NCBI GenBank assembly: GCA_951406725.2
Contig: OX597832.1
Span: 28,024,001 to 28,088,000, forward strand
Direction of reading: 5' to 3'
DNA length: 64,000 nucleotides
Origin: Octopus vulgaris
Taxonomy: Eukaryota
Below the pieces are notes generated by a model. That model saw nothing but the letters and a program-made list of their open reading frames with translations. It made no database searches and had not been told where the DNA came from. Below, one piece after another: positions 37,918 through 51,150 of this stretch. Position 1 is the stretch's first letter. Each line of letters opens with the position of its first letter. The position numbers were made by a program, and so were the translations under genes.

Positions 37918-39657
37918 CACATACTTTCTCTGTCATCCATATTCTTAAACACACACAAACACACTCAATATGTTTCTGTGGAGAAACAAAGGCCTGTTGT
38001 CTCAACTGCTCAAGGTGTGTGTGTGTGTGTGTGTGTATTGTTGTCTGGATATGTCTGTTATGCTGCATGTGTCTGAGGTGAGTGACATCACATGCACACA
38101 CACACACACGTGCATACATATACACACACACACACCTGATCTCTCTCTTACGCGTGTATAAAGTCATCTGTTGTGTATCTCTGTGTCTATAAAATACTAA
38201 AGACATTTTATTGACACTGTAGTGGTGGTGTTGGTGGTGGGGAACGGTTGTTCTGTGTGGATGTGGGTGGGGCAGCGGGGAAGGACGTGTAAGTTTATTT
38301 GTTGTGTTACAAATCGGGGATAAAGAAAAACTCGATGCTGTCCTCTCAGTTTTGAGACTACCATGTTCACTTACCTACATTGTAATTAATAATAATTAAT
38401 AATAAAACAAATGATATTGACCGATACTACATTAACCAATGCATTCACCACTGTTTATAATGAGTGACACCTCCCCACCTTCGGTCATGAATGACCGTGG
38501 GATTGCGCCTAGAAAGTTACCCTCCGAGGCACAAGTATGGGCAAGGTTGTTTATGGAAGACCTGCAGTTGCCCATGCATACCACCGGCCCCTCTCCAGGC
38601 CACTGATGTTATCCAAGGAATAGGCAAAGGGGCCGATACAGCTGGGCACCTGTGATGTCGCGACTCATTTCTACAGCTGAGTGAAGTGGTGCAATGTGAA
38701 ATAAAGTGTCTTGCTCAAGAACACAACACACAGCCAGATCCAGGAATTGAACTCATTACTTCATGATTGTGAGCCTGACGCTCAAACCACTGAGCTATGT
38801 ACCTTTGCTAGAACGCAACACACAGCCCGGTTCAGGAATTGAACTCACTACCTCGTGATTCTGAATTGTCTATAATACTATTAATAGTAGTGCAGTTATT
38901 GACAATACTAATTGTATTAATAATACTATGTTAACTAATGTATATGATAACGATTCTATTAATAATCTTTTCTGCTAAGAGCACAGGGCCTGAAATTTGT
39001 GGGAGGGGGACAGTCGATTACATCAGCCCCAGCAGGATTTGAACTCAGAGACCTAGAGACGAGGAAATGCTGCTAAGCATTTTGCCCAGCATGCTAATGG
39101 TTCTGCCAGCTTGTTGCCTTAACGAGACTATTAATGATACGATGCTAATTAATGTGTTGATGCTACTGTTACTAATCCTACTATTAATGATATTTATTTC
39201 TTTATTGTCCCTGGGGGGGGGGCTAAAGGTAGAGGGGACAAACAAGGACAGACAAAGGGATTAAGTCGATTACATTGACCCCCAGTGTGTAACTGGTAAT
39301 TATTTAAACGACCCCGAAAGGATGTAAGGCAAAGTCAACTTTGGTGGAATTTGAACTCAAAACGTAAAGACAGACGAGATACTTATTTCTTTACTACCCA
39401 CAAGGGGCTAAACACAGAGAGGACAAACAAGGACAGACAAACGGATTAAGTCGATTATATTGACCCCAGTGTGTAACTGGTACTTATTTAATCGACTCCA
39501 AACGGAAGTCGACCACAACGGAATTTGAACTCAGAACATAACAACAGACGAAATACCGCTAAGCATTTCACCTGTTTCCTGTTGGACTGGACAAATTACC
39601 TGTGTCCTTATGTTTACAAAAGGGGGAGATAAGCACCTCCACCCAGCAAAACCAGCA

Positions 39658-39700
39658 TCCAGAGACTAGTTTCAGAGCCATTGCTCATCATCAGTCTGGA
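39658..39700 (-). ncRNA. Minimal type-I hammerhead ribozyme-like motif
   Basis: TCCAGA-CTGATGA-T-GAGC-AATG-GCTC-T-GAAA-CTA-GTC-TCTGGA: 6-bp helix I extendable outward (GCAAGCCA/TGGTTTTGC), palindromic ACTAGT helix III, canonical GUC triplet. The 10.1-11.1 position is U-U. Confidence 0.75.
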
Positions 39701-39889
39701 GTAGCATGGCTTGCTAGCTATCGATGCCTATCACTTTATCGTGCTGCTACTGCATAAATCTCTCTCTCTGGGCGATTTAGAAATATATTATTTCTAACAT
39801 TATATATATATTTGAAGCTTTATCACTCGTCGTCTGTAGCATCTGGAAAAAGATAGATACTAAAAGAAAGAAAAAAAAGCGAGAAGCTT

Positions 39890-39962
39890 AGGTTCTCCCA
39901 AGACTTGAACTTTGATTGCTGGATTTGGAGTCCAGAGTGCTAACCGTTTACACCACAGAACT
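39890..39962 (-). pseudogene. tRNA-Gln-derived gene/pseudogene with anticodon CCA
   Basis: Minus strand reads AGTTCTG TG GTG TAAACGGTTAG CAC T CTGGA CTCCAAA TCCAG CAAT CAAAG TTCAAGT CTTGG GAGAACC T. The body matches metazoan tRNA-Gln. Mismatches at pairs 1:72 and 7:66 and in the T-stem. A T8 pol III terminator follows ~12 nt downstream. Confidence 0.8.
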
Positions 39963-39998
39963 ATTTGGATTGCATCTGGTTTAGAATATTTGTCTCTT

Positions 39999-40035
<37 letters not shown>

Positions 40036-41448
40036 CTCCATCCTTTCTCAATCTCATTATCATCACCAAGATCTTCCTTACTCCCCCATACCAACCAACC
40101 AACCAACCAACTGTCCAACCATTCCATTTATCCTCTTGTTCACTGTCTCTCTCTGCTCTGCTCTGCCCACAAATGTACATACATACATACATACATGTAT
40201 ATATATGCACATACATACACACACACATACACACACACACAGAGTCTGTGACACTCACTCCTGTTAAGACAGCAGCAGGTCATTGAAATAGTTGCTAGTT
40301 TAGACTGCCATTCACCATCTCCAACAGTAGTAGTAGTGGTGGTGGTGGTGGTGGTGGTAGTAGTAGCGGTGGTGGTGGTGGTATTATTGTTGGTCAAGCA
40401 AGCTTATGACTAAAGGCATTCCATCCAAGACCATCCTGTTTATTTTTTTTTTTTTATTCAAACATAGCATATCTAAAACTACATTATCTAATGTGTGTGT
40501 TTTTTTTTTTTTTTTATTTATCTCACATGCTGAAATATGATTTGAGAGATTTGGCTGCTATTTCTAGTAACCACAAGATAGTAGCTGCTCTTTTGGCTGG
40601 TATTGGTGGTGGTGGTGGTGGTAGTAATACAGCTTACAGGGGCATTTTCAGTTTTACAACTGTGGAATTTGAAGAATTCCCAGTCAGCAGCTGAACATCT
40701 GTGTCTGTCTGTCTGTCTGTATGTCTCACTCTCCGCCCCCCTATCATACCCTAACCCCTTCCGCTGGGCCCTAATTATCTTCTGCAATACACAGGAAGAC
40801 ACTTTACAAGCAAGCTACATCATTTTGGTTCCTTTCTATTAATCCTCCCCGAGCAACCCACACCCATCCCCCCACGACCATCCTGTTCCTCCCCACCCAC
40901 ACACACACACACACAGCTAACCACATCACCATAAAAGGGTCATAACATCCATCCTAGCATCCCAGGACACACCCACATATAGCCATAATGAATCCTTACT
41001 AAAAAAATATCTCCCTCAACATTTGCTGCTTGATCATCATCTTCATCATCGTTTAACGTCCGCTTTCCATGCCGGCATGGGTTGGACAGTTCGACCGGGG
41101 TCTGGGAAGCCGGGAGGCTGCACCAGGCTCCAATCTTGATCTGGCAGTGTTTCTACAGCTGGATGCCCTTCCTAACACCAACCACTCCGTGAGTGTAGCG
41201 GGAGCTTTTTACGTGCCACTGGCACAGGTGCCAGGTGAGGCTGGAAACGGCCACAATCAGTTGGTGCTTTTTATGTGCCACCAGCACAGGTACCAGGGGA
41301 GGCTGGCAACGGCCACGATCAGTTGGTGCTTTTTATGTGCCACCGGCACAAGTGCCAGGCGAGGCTGGCAACAGCCACGATCTGTTGGTGCTTTTTACAT
41401 GCCACCGGCACAGAAGCCAGTCGGCAAATTCAGATATTTTGTCTAGAG

Positions 41449-41777
41449 CAGGGGATTCTCAACCATTTTTTGACCATGGGACCCCTTTGATTATTATTCT
41501 CTTCTGGTGGACCCTCATCACCATTCAATGTTTAAAAACTAGTTTTTTAGAGATTTCTTTCGAAATTCCTCTGTTGTTTTCCACCCATTCTCTTGTGTAG
41601 GTTGAATTATACAAAACATCCAAGAAAGAAACCCGTTTCTTGCAATAAATACACCGAAATCGAAATTTTTATTGGACTCTTAAAACACTTGTAAATAGCC
41701 AATTTACTATTTTGCTAGCATTGACCCCGCCCCACCTCCCATGGGTTCGTATGAAGCCTGGGGGTTGAAAACCTCTG
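41449..41777. mobile_element. hAT-type MITE
   Basis: TIRs CAGGGGATTCTCAACC / GGTTGAAAACCTCTG. Imperfect 8-bp TSD GTCTAGAG/GTTTAGAA. Confidence 0.7.
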
Positions 41778-41970
41778 GTTTAGAAGGTGCAGGTGTAGTT
41801 TTGCGCTTACAAAGCTGGCTTCCCAACCTTGTGTTTCTGGGTTCCGTCCTACTGGGTGATACCTTGGACAAGAGTCTTCTGTCATGGCTCTCAGCTTACA
41901 AAAACTTGGTGAATGGATTCAGTTGGCAAAAACTGCATGGAAGCCCATTATGTGTGTGTGTGTATGTATG

Positions 41971-42001
<31 letters not shown>

Positions 42002-42101
42002 GCAAAAATTTAGATTCGAATGAATATGGTACTTAATTTAGATGCACCAGAATTTTGTATGGTGTTATCCATAAAAATTTGCTGGGTGATTATAATCAAA
42101 G

Positions 42102-42145
<44 letters not shown>

Positions 42146-44049
42146 GTATGTATCTATCTATCTGTGTGTATTTGTGTTTGTTCCAGCTTTACCATTTGAC
42201 AACTGGTGTTGGTTTGTTTATATCCCCATCACTTAGTGGTTCATCAAAAACGACCAATAAAAAAAGTATGAGGTTTGAAAAAATAAATACTGGGCTTGAT
42301 TTGTTCAGCTAAATCCTTCAAGGTGGTGCCCCAGCGTGGCCACTGTCCAGTGACAAACACGTAAAAGATAAAAGCTAAACAGTCAGTGTTGTTTAGCCAT
42401 TGGTCAGATGTGGTCTAGCAAGCCAATGACCGACAGTGTTCCAGACAGTGTGATTTGAGAGAGATTTGGTTGCTATTTCTGGTAGGCTGACCATATAGAG
42501 GCTCCACCACGATATGTCTTCCCCCCCCCCATATGTCCTGTGAGCTCTGTTAATCATAACATGTTGAGTAGGGGTCACAGTCAGGGCCAGAATATTGCTA
42601 CTGTATCTAGTTTTGAACCTTTGACCTGTCTGTTTAGGGTCCAACTGCATAAACACAAAACACACACTTGTACACAAACACACACATGCATGTATACATA
42701 TATATATACACAGACATGTGTATACACATACACTCGCATGCATATAAACACCTACATACACATAGATACATGTGTACACATACACACATGCATAATATTC
42801 ACATTGATGTAGTTATATGACTGCCAAGTTACGTTGGACGTAAACACACCAACATCGGTTGTCAAGCGATGTTGGGGGAAGAAACACAGACACACAAACA
42901 TATACACACACATACATAGATATCTATATATACGACAGGCTTCTTTCAGTTTCCGTCTACCAAATCCACTCACAAGGCTTTGGTCGGCCCGAAGCTATAG
43001 TAGAAGACACTTGCCCAAGGTGCCACGCAGTGGGACTGAACCCGGAACCATGTGGTAAGCAAGCTACTTACCACACAGCCACTCCTGTGCCTATATAATG
43101 ATGATGATGATGATGATGATAAACATCACCACCACCATCACCACCACCACTACTACTACTACAATTTTCTTCTGTAAATTTCCTTCAGCCTAATATATAT
43201 ATATTGATGCCAGTCATGTTGTTGTTGTTGCTGTGGATGGTTTCTGGAATGTTTTGTCTGCTTTATTCCAACCAGTGGTGAAGATGCTCAAACAAGATGT
43301 CAGATACACACACACACACACACACATTAATCCATACATAGACACATACAATCTATATTAATTCTACACAAACATACAATCCATACGTTGACACACACAC
43401 ACACACGATCCATCTATTGACACACACCCACATTCACAAGCCACATTGTACACACACACAATCCATACACTGACACACACACTCACAATCCACTCACATA
43501 CACACACACCCACATTCACAACCCACACGTACACACACAATCTATACATTGACACACACGTGCACACGCAATCCATGTATTGCCACACACATACCCACAT
43601 GTACACACACACAATCCATACACTGACACACACACACACACACACACACAATCCACCCACCCCCAATCCATAGACTCAAAATCAAATATTCTATTCTCAT
43701 AATTCTTATTCCTTATCCATGGTCTTTATACACACATGTACCACATATATACACACACATCTCAATCTCTCTGCATCTCACAGACTCCACTCCCATATAC
43801 ACAGACATTCTCTACTGCTTTCCCAAATACCAACTTTCCATTTTTATTGCGTTGTTTCTTCATCTCCGTATATATGTGTGTATATGTACGTCTGTGCATG
43901 TTTATGTGCATATGTATATATATATATATGTATGCATCTTTGTGTGTATTTGATTTCATCTTTTCCTTATTGGCTATAATTAATCCATTAGTTTTCTCCA
44001 TCATTCCCGACTTTCTCATCATCAGAACACCCTTACGTCATTCCATGAG

Positions 44050-44828
44050 AGTGTCATTACATCAGGACATCATTACATAAGAATGTCATTACACTGGGAC
44101 ATCATTACACCAGGACATCATTACATAAGAACGTCCTTTACACCAGGACATCATTACATAAGAATGTCATTACACTGGGACATCATTACATAAGGATGTC
44201 ATTACACTGGGACATCATTACATAAGGATGTCATTACACTGGGACATCATTATACCAGGACATCATTACATAAGAATGTCCTTTACACCAGGACATCTAT
44301 ATATATAAAACTGTAGTTGTGTGAGTGTCTGTCCCCTTCGATTTAGATTCCTAACTACTCCCACATTTTGCGCGCGTCTACGATGAGTCTACGATTTTAA
44401 AAATAATTTAACATCATTTTTTATTCCATTTTAATGCATAATTTTTCGTGTGTCGATGGCGGCGGAGTTGGCGTCCACACTCAAACACCTGCACCTGTTT
44501 GCTTCTCCCCCTTCTTCCCTCCCTCGCGAAGCTGTGGGGAAGGGAGTGTAAGCAAATCAACGTCGTAAAGCGTTGTCAAGGAGACCAGCGTTCTTTTAGA
44601 ACAACGACTTCATGGCTTGAAGACACGAAAACAGAAATGGCTAAGAAAGCCCGAATTGGCATCTATAAGGGAAGTAACTCTCTAAAAATGCTTATATAGT
44701 TATTTCCCTTACAAACCCGAGCAACGCCGGGCGATACTGCTAGTCATTACATAAGAACGTCCTTTACACAAGGACATCATTACATAAGGATGTCCTTTAC
44801 ACCAGGACATCATTACATAAGGATGTCG
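44050..44828. repeat. Minisatellite (GGACATCATTACATAAG / AATGTCATTACACTG units) split by the Helitron
   Basis: Tandem ~15-16-bp units on both sides of 44296-44743. Confidence 0.85.
44296..44743 (+). mobile_element. Non-autonomous Helitron
   Basis: 5' TC start, 3' hairpin CCCGAGCAACGCCGGG then CTAG. Inserted between A and T with no TSD; removing it restores the host minisatellite unit GGACA|TCATTACATAAG. Confidence 0.88.
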
Positions 44829-45285
44829 TTGCTTAAGAAACAGCCTGGGGAAAATATTCTATCTTCTGATTCCATCCATGCCCACCCTACTTGAAGCTTC
44901 GTAAAGTGATTTGGTCATCTGCCTTTCACTACCACATGGCACTCCATCAATACTGCCACATGTCACACAACATATGTCCTCACATCTCAAAAGTAACTCT
45001 GATGAAGTATTAGGTAGAGAGGGGTGGGTGAGGTGAGATGTAGTGGTGGTGGTGGTGGTGGTGGTGGTTGTGGTGGTGGTGGTGGTTGTGGTGGTGGTGG
45101 TGCAAACAGCCAGACTTTGAGCTGTCGGTTGTGTTTATGAATGAATGAGAGGTTAACAATAAGCTGCCTTATTTCTCTTCGATCCTTGACAGGAAGGTCA
45201 TATCCGGCTGTAAAATAATGCCTTAAGAAGTAGTCATCCAACTCATGCTAGCATGGGAAAACAGACATAAAAAGAAGGAATCATA

Positions 45286-45337
<52 letters not shown>

Positions 45338-45473
45338 TATCTGTACATACATGCATGCACATATGTCAATTATTTCACATGGTTCCAGGTTCAGTCCCAC
45401 TGCATGGCACCTTGGGCTGACCAAAGCCTTGTGAGTGGATTTGGTAGACGGAAACTGAAAGAAGCCTGTCGTG

Positions 45474-45504
<31 letters not shown>

Positions 45505-46838
45505 GTGTGTTTGTGTGTGTGTGTATTTGTGTCTCTGTTTGTCTCCCTACTATCACTTGACAACCGATGTTGGTGAGTTTACATTTCCGTAACTTATCTG
45601 TTTGGCAAAAGTAGCCAATAGAATAAGTACTAGGCTTAGAAACAGTAAGTCATGGGGTCGATTTGTTCGACTAAAAGGCGATGCTCCAGCATGGCCACAG
45701 CCAAATGACTGAAACATGGAAAAGACTAAAAGAACATACACACACATATACATACATACATACATACATACGCGCATGGCTGTGTGGTTAAGAAGTTTGC
45801 TTCCCAACCACATGAATTCAGGTTCTATCCCACTGTGTGGCATCTTGAGCAAGTCTTTCCCGCTACAGCCCTGAGTCTTCCAAAGCCTTGTGGATGGATT
45901 TCCTTGATAGAAAATTGAAAGAAGCTTGTTATGTGAATGAAAATTCCCATTTTTCTGTAAATGTGTTCACTGACCAGTTGTAAGCAATGGCTTCACAAAT
46001 GGTCATCCTCGTTTTTACCGTCCACTGTGAAAGGCTGTCCAAGCTGTTTGCGATTCAACAGGCTGGGACATTATTCACATCATTTGGAAAGAGGTGGCAG
46101 TTGGTGGTGACAAGGAGGGTGACCACCCAGGGAGAACTCTGTTGCAGCATATTTCTGTCTGACTCATGAAGGCATAGAAAAGTAGATGTTAAAACTATGA
46201 CGACAACATTATGATGATATATACACACACACATGTACGCACACATACATTATACACATACACACGCATTTATATGTCCATATCCACTTTTCCCGAAATA
46301 GTCTTCAGAATGGGTTCCTCTGGTGTACGCAACCTGAAAACCTAAATCCCAGTTGTTGACTCAATAATGGGATCCACATTGAAGCCCGGTAGGGAAGAGA
46401 GAAGGGGAAAGGTGGGGCGGGCATGGGGAGGGGCAGTGGTTTTGTTGTGGGGGAGAAAGAAAACGGGGGGCTGCTTTAGGAAAAGGTGGGTCTCAGAAAT
46501 GAAAATATTGTGTATTTGTCCAAGTGTGATCCATATTGAGATGTTTTTCTGGAACAGGAATGGTGTGTGTGTGTCTTTGATCGGAGCATGTAGTCGCAGC
46601 AAAATATTCATTCACACATATAGGAATGATGAATGTGTGTGTGTGGGTGTGTATCTGTGTCTGTGTGTCTTATATACAGAGAGAATGAGAGACAGACAGA
46701 CGGAGGGGGTTGCTAGGTAGTGGGAAATGCTTCTGTGTTTGTGTGTAATTCCTGTATGTGCCATTCTTCTACGTACATACACATGTCTATTCACACACAT
46801 TTAGACACAACTTGTTTATGTGAATACCTCTCCGTGTA

Positions 46839-47579
46839 CGGGGTGGGGCAGAGAGGACGGACGTGTTTTGAAAAATTCACAAAGTCATTAATTTTAGCTG
46901 CAAACTAATTTTATTGACATTAATGTGTTCGTATTGAATTAGTATTCGTAAAAATCAAGCGTGGAAAACAACATCCATCATGTGGTGTCTGTTTCCATTG
47001 ATGCATTTCTGAAGGTGTTCTTGGAAGCTGGCCTCCATTCTCTTCAGCATTACTCTGTGGATAGTCCCATGGTTTCTGGGACTGTTGCCCAATTACCAAT
47101 TTGTACAGGTGGTAATGCAGGTCTTCATGCAAAATATACCTTACCAATCGATTACCAATGCCAAGTTCAGTAGAATGCCTCCGAGCAGAGCGAATCGGAC
47201 TTCTGATGCATTCTACATTTTCTGGGGTCCATACCATTTGTGGTGCCCCCACTGGTCTCCTATTCGTTAGTGCACCTCGTGTACAAAGTGCATTCACTCA
47301 ATGTAAGGTTGTGTTACGGGTGGGAACAGCCTGATTTCGGTGAATGATGAAGTGCAGCCAAAACTCACACTGAACTGCTGTGACAGACTTGTTATTCTTC
47401 ACGTAACTGTTGTAGGCAAATACGTGATGTTCTGTTGTCCACAGCGACATGGCTTCACCTGAAAAGAAAAAATATCCTAAGACACCACAGACCAAATGGT
47501 ACCAGTTGGACATTAGTCCTTCCCACTGGGGCTGAGTAATAGTCATTTCAAAAACGTACGTCCTCTCTGCTCCACCCTA
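46839..47579 (-). mobile_element. Internally deleted Tc1/mariner-superfamily transposon (DUF4817-type HTH transposase)
   Basis: ~34-bp TIRs (GGGTGG(G/A)GCAGAGAGGACG(G/T)ACGT(G/-)TTTTGAAA) with TA flanks. Broken ORF WTTEHHVFAYNSYVKNNKSVTAVQ..F...VPTRNT...TPENVE..SP.RSARRHS.ELG...ILHEDLH.H.YK. Confidence 0.85.
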
Positions 47580-48289
47580 TAAAATAGGCACAGGAGTAGC
47601 TGTGTGGTAAGTAACTTGCTTACCAGCCTCATGGTTCCAGGTTCAGTCCCACTGCGTGGCACCTTGGGCAAGTGTCTTCTACTATAGCCTCGGGTTGACC
47701 AAAGCTTTGTTAGTGAATTTGGTAGATGGAAACTGAAAGAAGCTCGTCATATATATACATACATACATATATACATACATACACACACACATATATATAT
47801 ATGTATATATGTGTATGTTTGTGTGTCTGTGTTTGTCCCCCCAATATCGCTTGACAACCAGTGCTGGTGTGTTTACATCCCTGGCATGGGTTGGGTGTTT
47901 GACAAGATCTGACAGGCCATAGGGTTGCAGCAAGCTTCAGTGTCTGATTTCACAGGGTTTCTATGGTTGGATGCCCTTCCTAACATCAACCATCTTACAG
48001 TGTGTACTGGGTGCCCTTCTTTTGTGCCACTGGCACTAGTGAGGTTACGAAGTAAATTGTATGACAGAAAAATACAAGAAAGAGACCCCTACAAGAGACT
48101 AAGTGGGAAGAAGGTTTCTTTGCCAAGTGCTGAAGGGCATAAAGTATGACAGAGGGACAAAAATAGGGATCTTGCTGTACTGGATATACATGGCTACCAC
48201 ACATTATGTAGTGGTGGGCAGGAGTGGTTGGGAAGAAAATAAAGATGGCAGTCTATGGGAGAAAAAGAAATTGAATGAGGAAAAATTTG

Positions 48290-48515
48290 TCAAAGAGGAT
48301 GTTCTTAAGAATATTCTCTCCATTAGGTAGAATCTTTTATGGTACCCAATGTTAAGAGATTTCAGGGTAAATTATAAACCATGATATAAGCTGGAACATC
48401 AACATCAAGAATAAAGTTGATGTGGCTTGCAGGATGTGTTCTTGGATTCCCGGAATCTTCAAGTCTGAGAGATCTAGGCATCATTCTTCTTTACTCAACC
48501 TTTGTATAGTCACAC
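48290..48515 (+). mobile_element. CR1-type RT relic
   Basis: Degraded VRD.G.......SW..I.N.V..A.RMCSWI...F.S....IILLYSTFV.SH. Confidence 0.5.
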
Positions 48516-48519
48516 AAGG

Positions 48520-48718
48520 CAATTTCTACTCTTCTCCTCTGGAAGCCATCTACTCGCAATACCAGAGGGCGCACACTCTCCTACCCTGATGTAATCTCCA
48601 GGGATACAGGCATCCAGCAACAGGACCTCCGTAATACCATGATGGACCGTGGAGTCTGGCGTAGCATGGTAAATTCCATTGTCTCGACCACGGTCGAACA
48701 ATGATGATGATGATGATA
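48520..48718 (+). mobile_element. RTE-clade LINE 3' end
   Basis: LLLWKPSTRNTRGRTLSYPDVISRDTGIQQQDLRNTMMDRGVWRSMVNS followed directly by a (TGA)n tail. Confidence 0.7.
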
Positions 48719-50394
48719 GTCACACATAGAATTCTGTTGTTCCTTGTCATTTTCGTTTAGTGAGCAAAACATAAGAACTGAGTGCACTCTGAAAGACAAG
48801 TATGAAAACCTGGGTGATGTATGTCGGACTTTTGCTGGAATTGCCTTCAACCACTCGGGCTCTATTCTCATGAACCTTACCGTGAGGGCCTCTTCATTTG
48901 TCCGGTGTTGAGAATTATAATCACCAGCATTTGCACAAATGGTTTTATCCCTTTTAAAAAAACATCTAAAGCTGGGACTCCATAACACGTAACCCTTACA
49001 AAACGGAACCCACAGCATATAACAGCATATAACCACATCACAACACAATTCTGTGTGTGTGTGTGTGTGTGTGTGTACACCATACGTAAACAGTAGATCC
49101 CTAATTGCTGTGATATTTCTCTCTCCATGTAACTGTTGGGTGGAATGCGTTTATATACGTAATGTAGTCTTTAGTTTTGTCAGCCATCATAACCAAGACC
49201 ATGTGGGAGCACCACCCTCTGCGTGTGTGTGTGTGTGTGTGTGTGTGTATGTCTGTGCGTGTGCATGTCTGTGTGTGTATTGTTTCCTCTCCAAGAACTA
49301 CAGTAACTGAAGACTTTAATTCAACATCTTTATGCAAGACAGCACTTTTTCCCCTCCCTCACCTCTCTACCTCTCCTTTCTTTCTCTGTCTCTCTCTCTC
49401 TCTCCCCTCCCTCTCACCTCTACCTCTCCACCTCTCCTTCTCTGTCTTTGTCTCTCTCTCCCTCCCTCCCTCCCTCCACCTCGTCATTTGATTCTTACTT
49501 CACAATTTGGCTGGCAACCTGACACTGTTTCTGTAGGCAACACAGAAATCTCACCATCACCACCACCACCTCTACTACTACTACTACTACCACAGCAACA
49601 ACAACCACAACCATCCTGCACACATCATCACAGACCATTACCATTAACACCACCACCACCACCAGCATCATCATCATCATCTTCATCACAACATCAATCC
49701 TACCAAACACATCCTTTCCTCTGCTTTTCTTTCTTTTTCTGGTTTATATTTTTGTGTTCAATGTTGACTTAAACGGTGGGGGTGGGGTGGCATTAGGACT
49801 TGGGGGTGTATAAAGGGGGAAGAAAGACTGGGTGTAAGGATCTGGTGGGGTGGGAGGTGGCATGTGTGTGTGTTTGTATGTACTTGTATCTTTTACTTGT
49901 TTCAGTCGTTTGACTTTTGGCCAAGCTGGGGCACCACCTTACAAGGTCTATCTATCACAGTGTTTCTCAATCGTATTTTATCTATGGGCCCCTTTGATCC
50001 CTATTTTTATTCAGATGAACCCTTATACCAATTTAATGTTTAAAAAACCCTATTTTTATAATTAAATATTGTTAGAAATTTGTGAAAATATTTTGTGTAT
50101 TGAAGATGTATAAGTGATTTGATGCACATAAAAATTTTAACAACAAAGCCTTATATGGACCCTTAAGGACCCAGCAATTTTTAAGAGGAGTAGTTGATAG
50201 CATTGAATCCAGTATTTAGCTGGTACTTTGTGATAATAATAATGGTAGTCCTTTCTACTATAGGCACAAGGCTTGGGTTTTGTGGGGAGGGGGACAGTCG
50301 ATCACGTCAACCCCAGTACTCAACTGGTACTTGATTTGTCGACCTCGGCGGAATAATAGTAATAATAATAGTAATAGTAATAATCAAAACCACT

Positions 50395-51150
50395 ACAAGT
50401 TGTGGTGACGCGACCCAGCAGCAAAAGTGCTAAATTGGAAACTGTGTGAAGAGTTGAGGCTAGAAAGAGGCAAGATGTGGTTTGAGCACAAACTGCAGAG
50501 ACTAGCGAAATCCTCTGGGATTTCCCAATCCAAACAGATCAGGTGCTAGAGCATAACAGACTGGACAAGGTGCACCACACGTGTCATATAGTTGATGTTG
50601 CATGTCCCTTTGACCCCTGAATAGCCAAGAAGGAAGGCGAAAAGATAGTTAGATACAACCCACTTAAGTACAAAATAATTTGGCTATGGAAAATGAAGAA
50701 GGTGAAGATAGTGTCAATTATTGTTGGGTCCTTGGGAACTGTATAAGAAGGCATCAGAAGGAATATAAAGGAAATTGGAATAGAGTGCCCATTAGAACTG
50801 TTACAAAAGGTTTGTCTCCTTGGCACGGCCAGAATAAACAGGAAAGTATTAGATAGCTGAAAAGGATGGATAGCATGGTACCGTAGGCTGCAGGTAGTAA
50901 ACTCCAGGAGCTCCAACAAAACCTATGATAAAGAAAAAGAATAATAATAATAATGGTGATAACTATCCCCAAAGATTTGAACAGATGGATAGAGGAAATA
51001 GGCATAAAACCCAGTTTAGTACAGCTCCAGGAAACAGTGTTATTAGGGACAGCTGGGATATTTCGGTGGGGTCTTGTCATCTAAGGTTACCTGTAACCTG
51101 ATGTTAAGATTCTTTACTTTTCCAACGGTCTAATCTGTTGTGTGTATATG
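50395..51150 (+). mobile_element. Two R4/Dong-clade non-LTR retrotransposon 3' fragments (restriction-like endonuclease region) in (TAA)n tracts
   Basis: First fragment ILWDFPIQTDQVLEHNRLD...IVDVACPFD...EKIVRY.PLK...IIVGSLGTV...LQKVCLLGTARI.RKVL*. Second fragment IPKDLNRWIEEIGIKPSLVQLQETVLLGTA. Both are bordered by (TAA)n. Confidence 0.75.

Noticed and set aside
44050-44828. Regular short repeats as a CRISPR array
   Set aside because: Head-to-tail minisatellite without spacers, in animal DNA.
48581-49048. 155-aa minus-strand ORF
   Set aside because: Runs across an RTE tail and unrelated sequence. No recognisable domain or exon structure.
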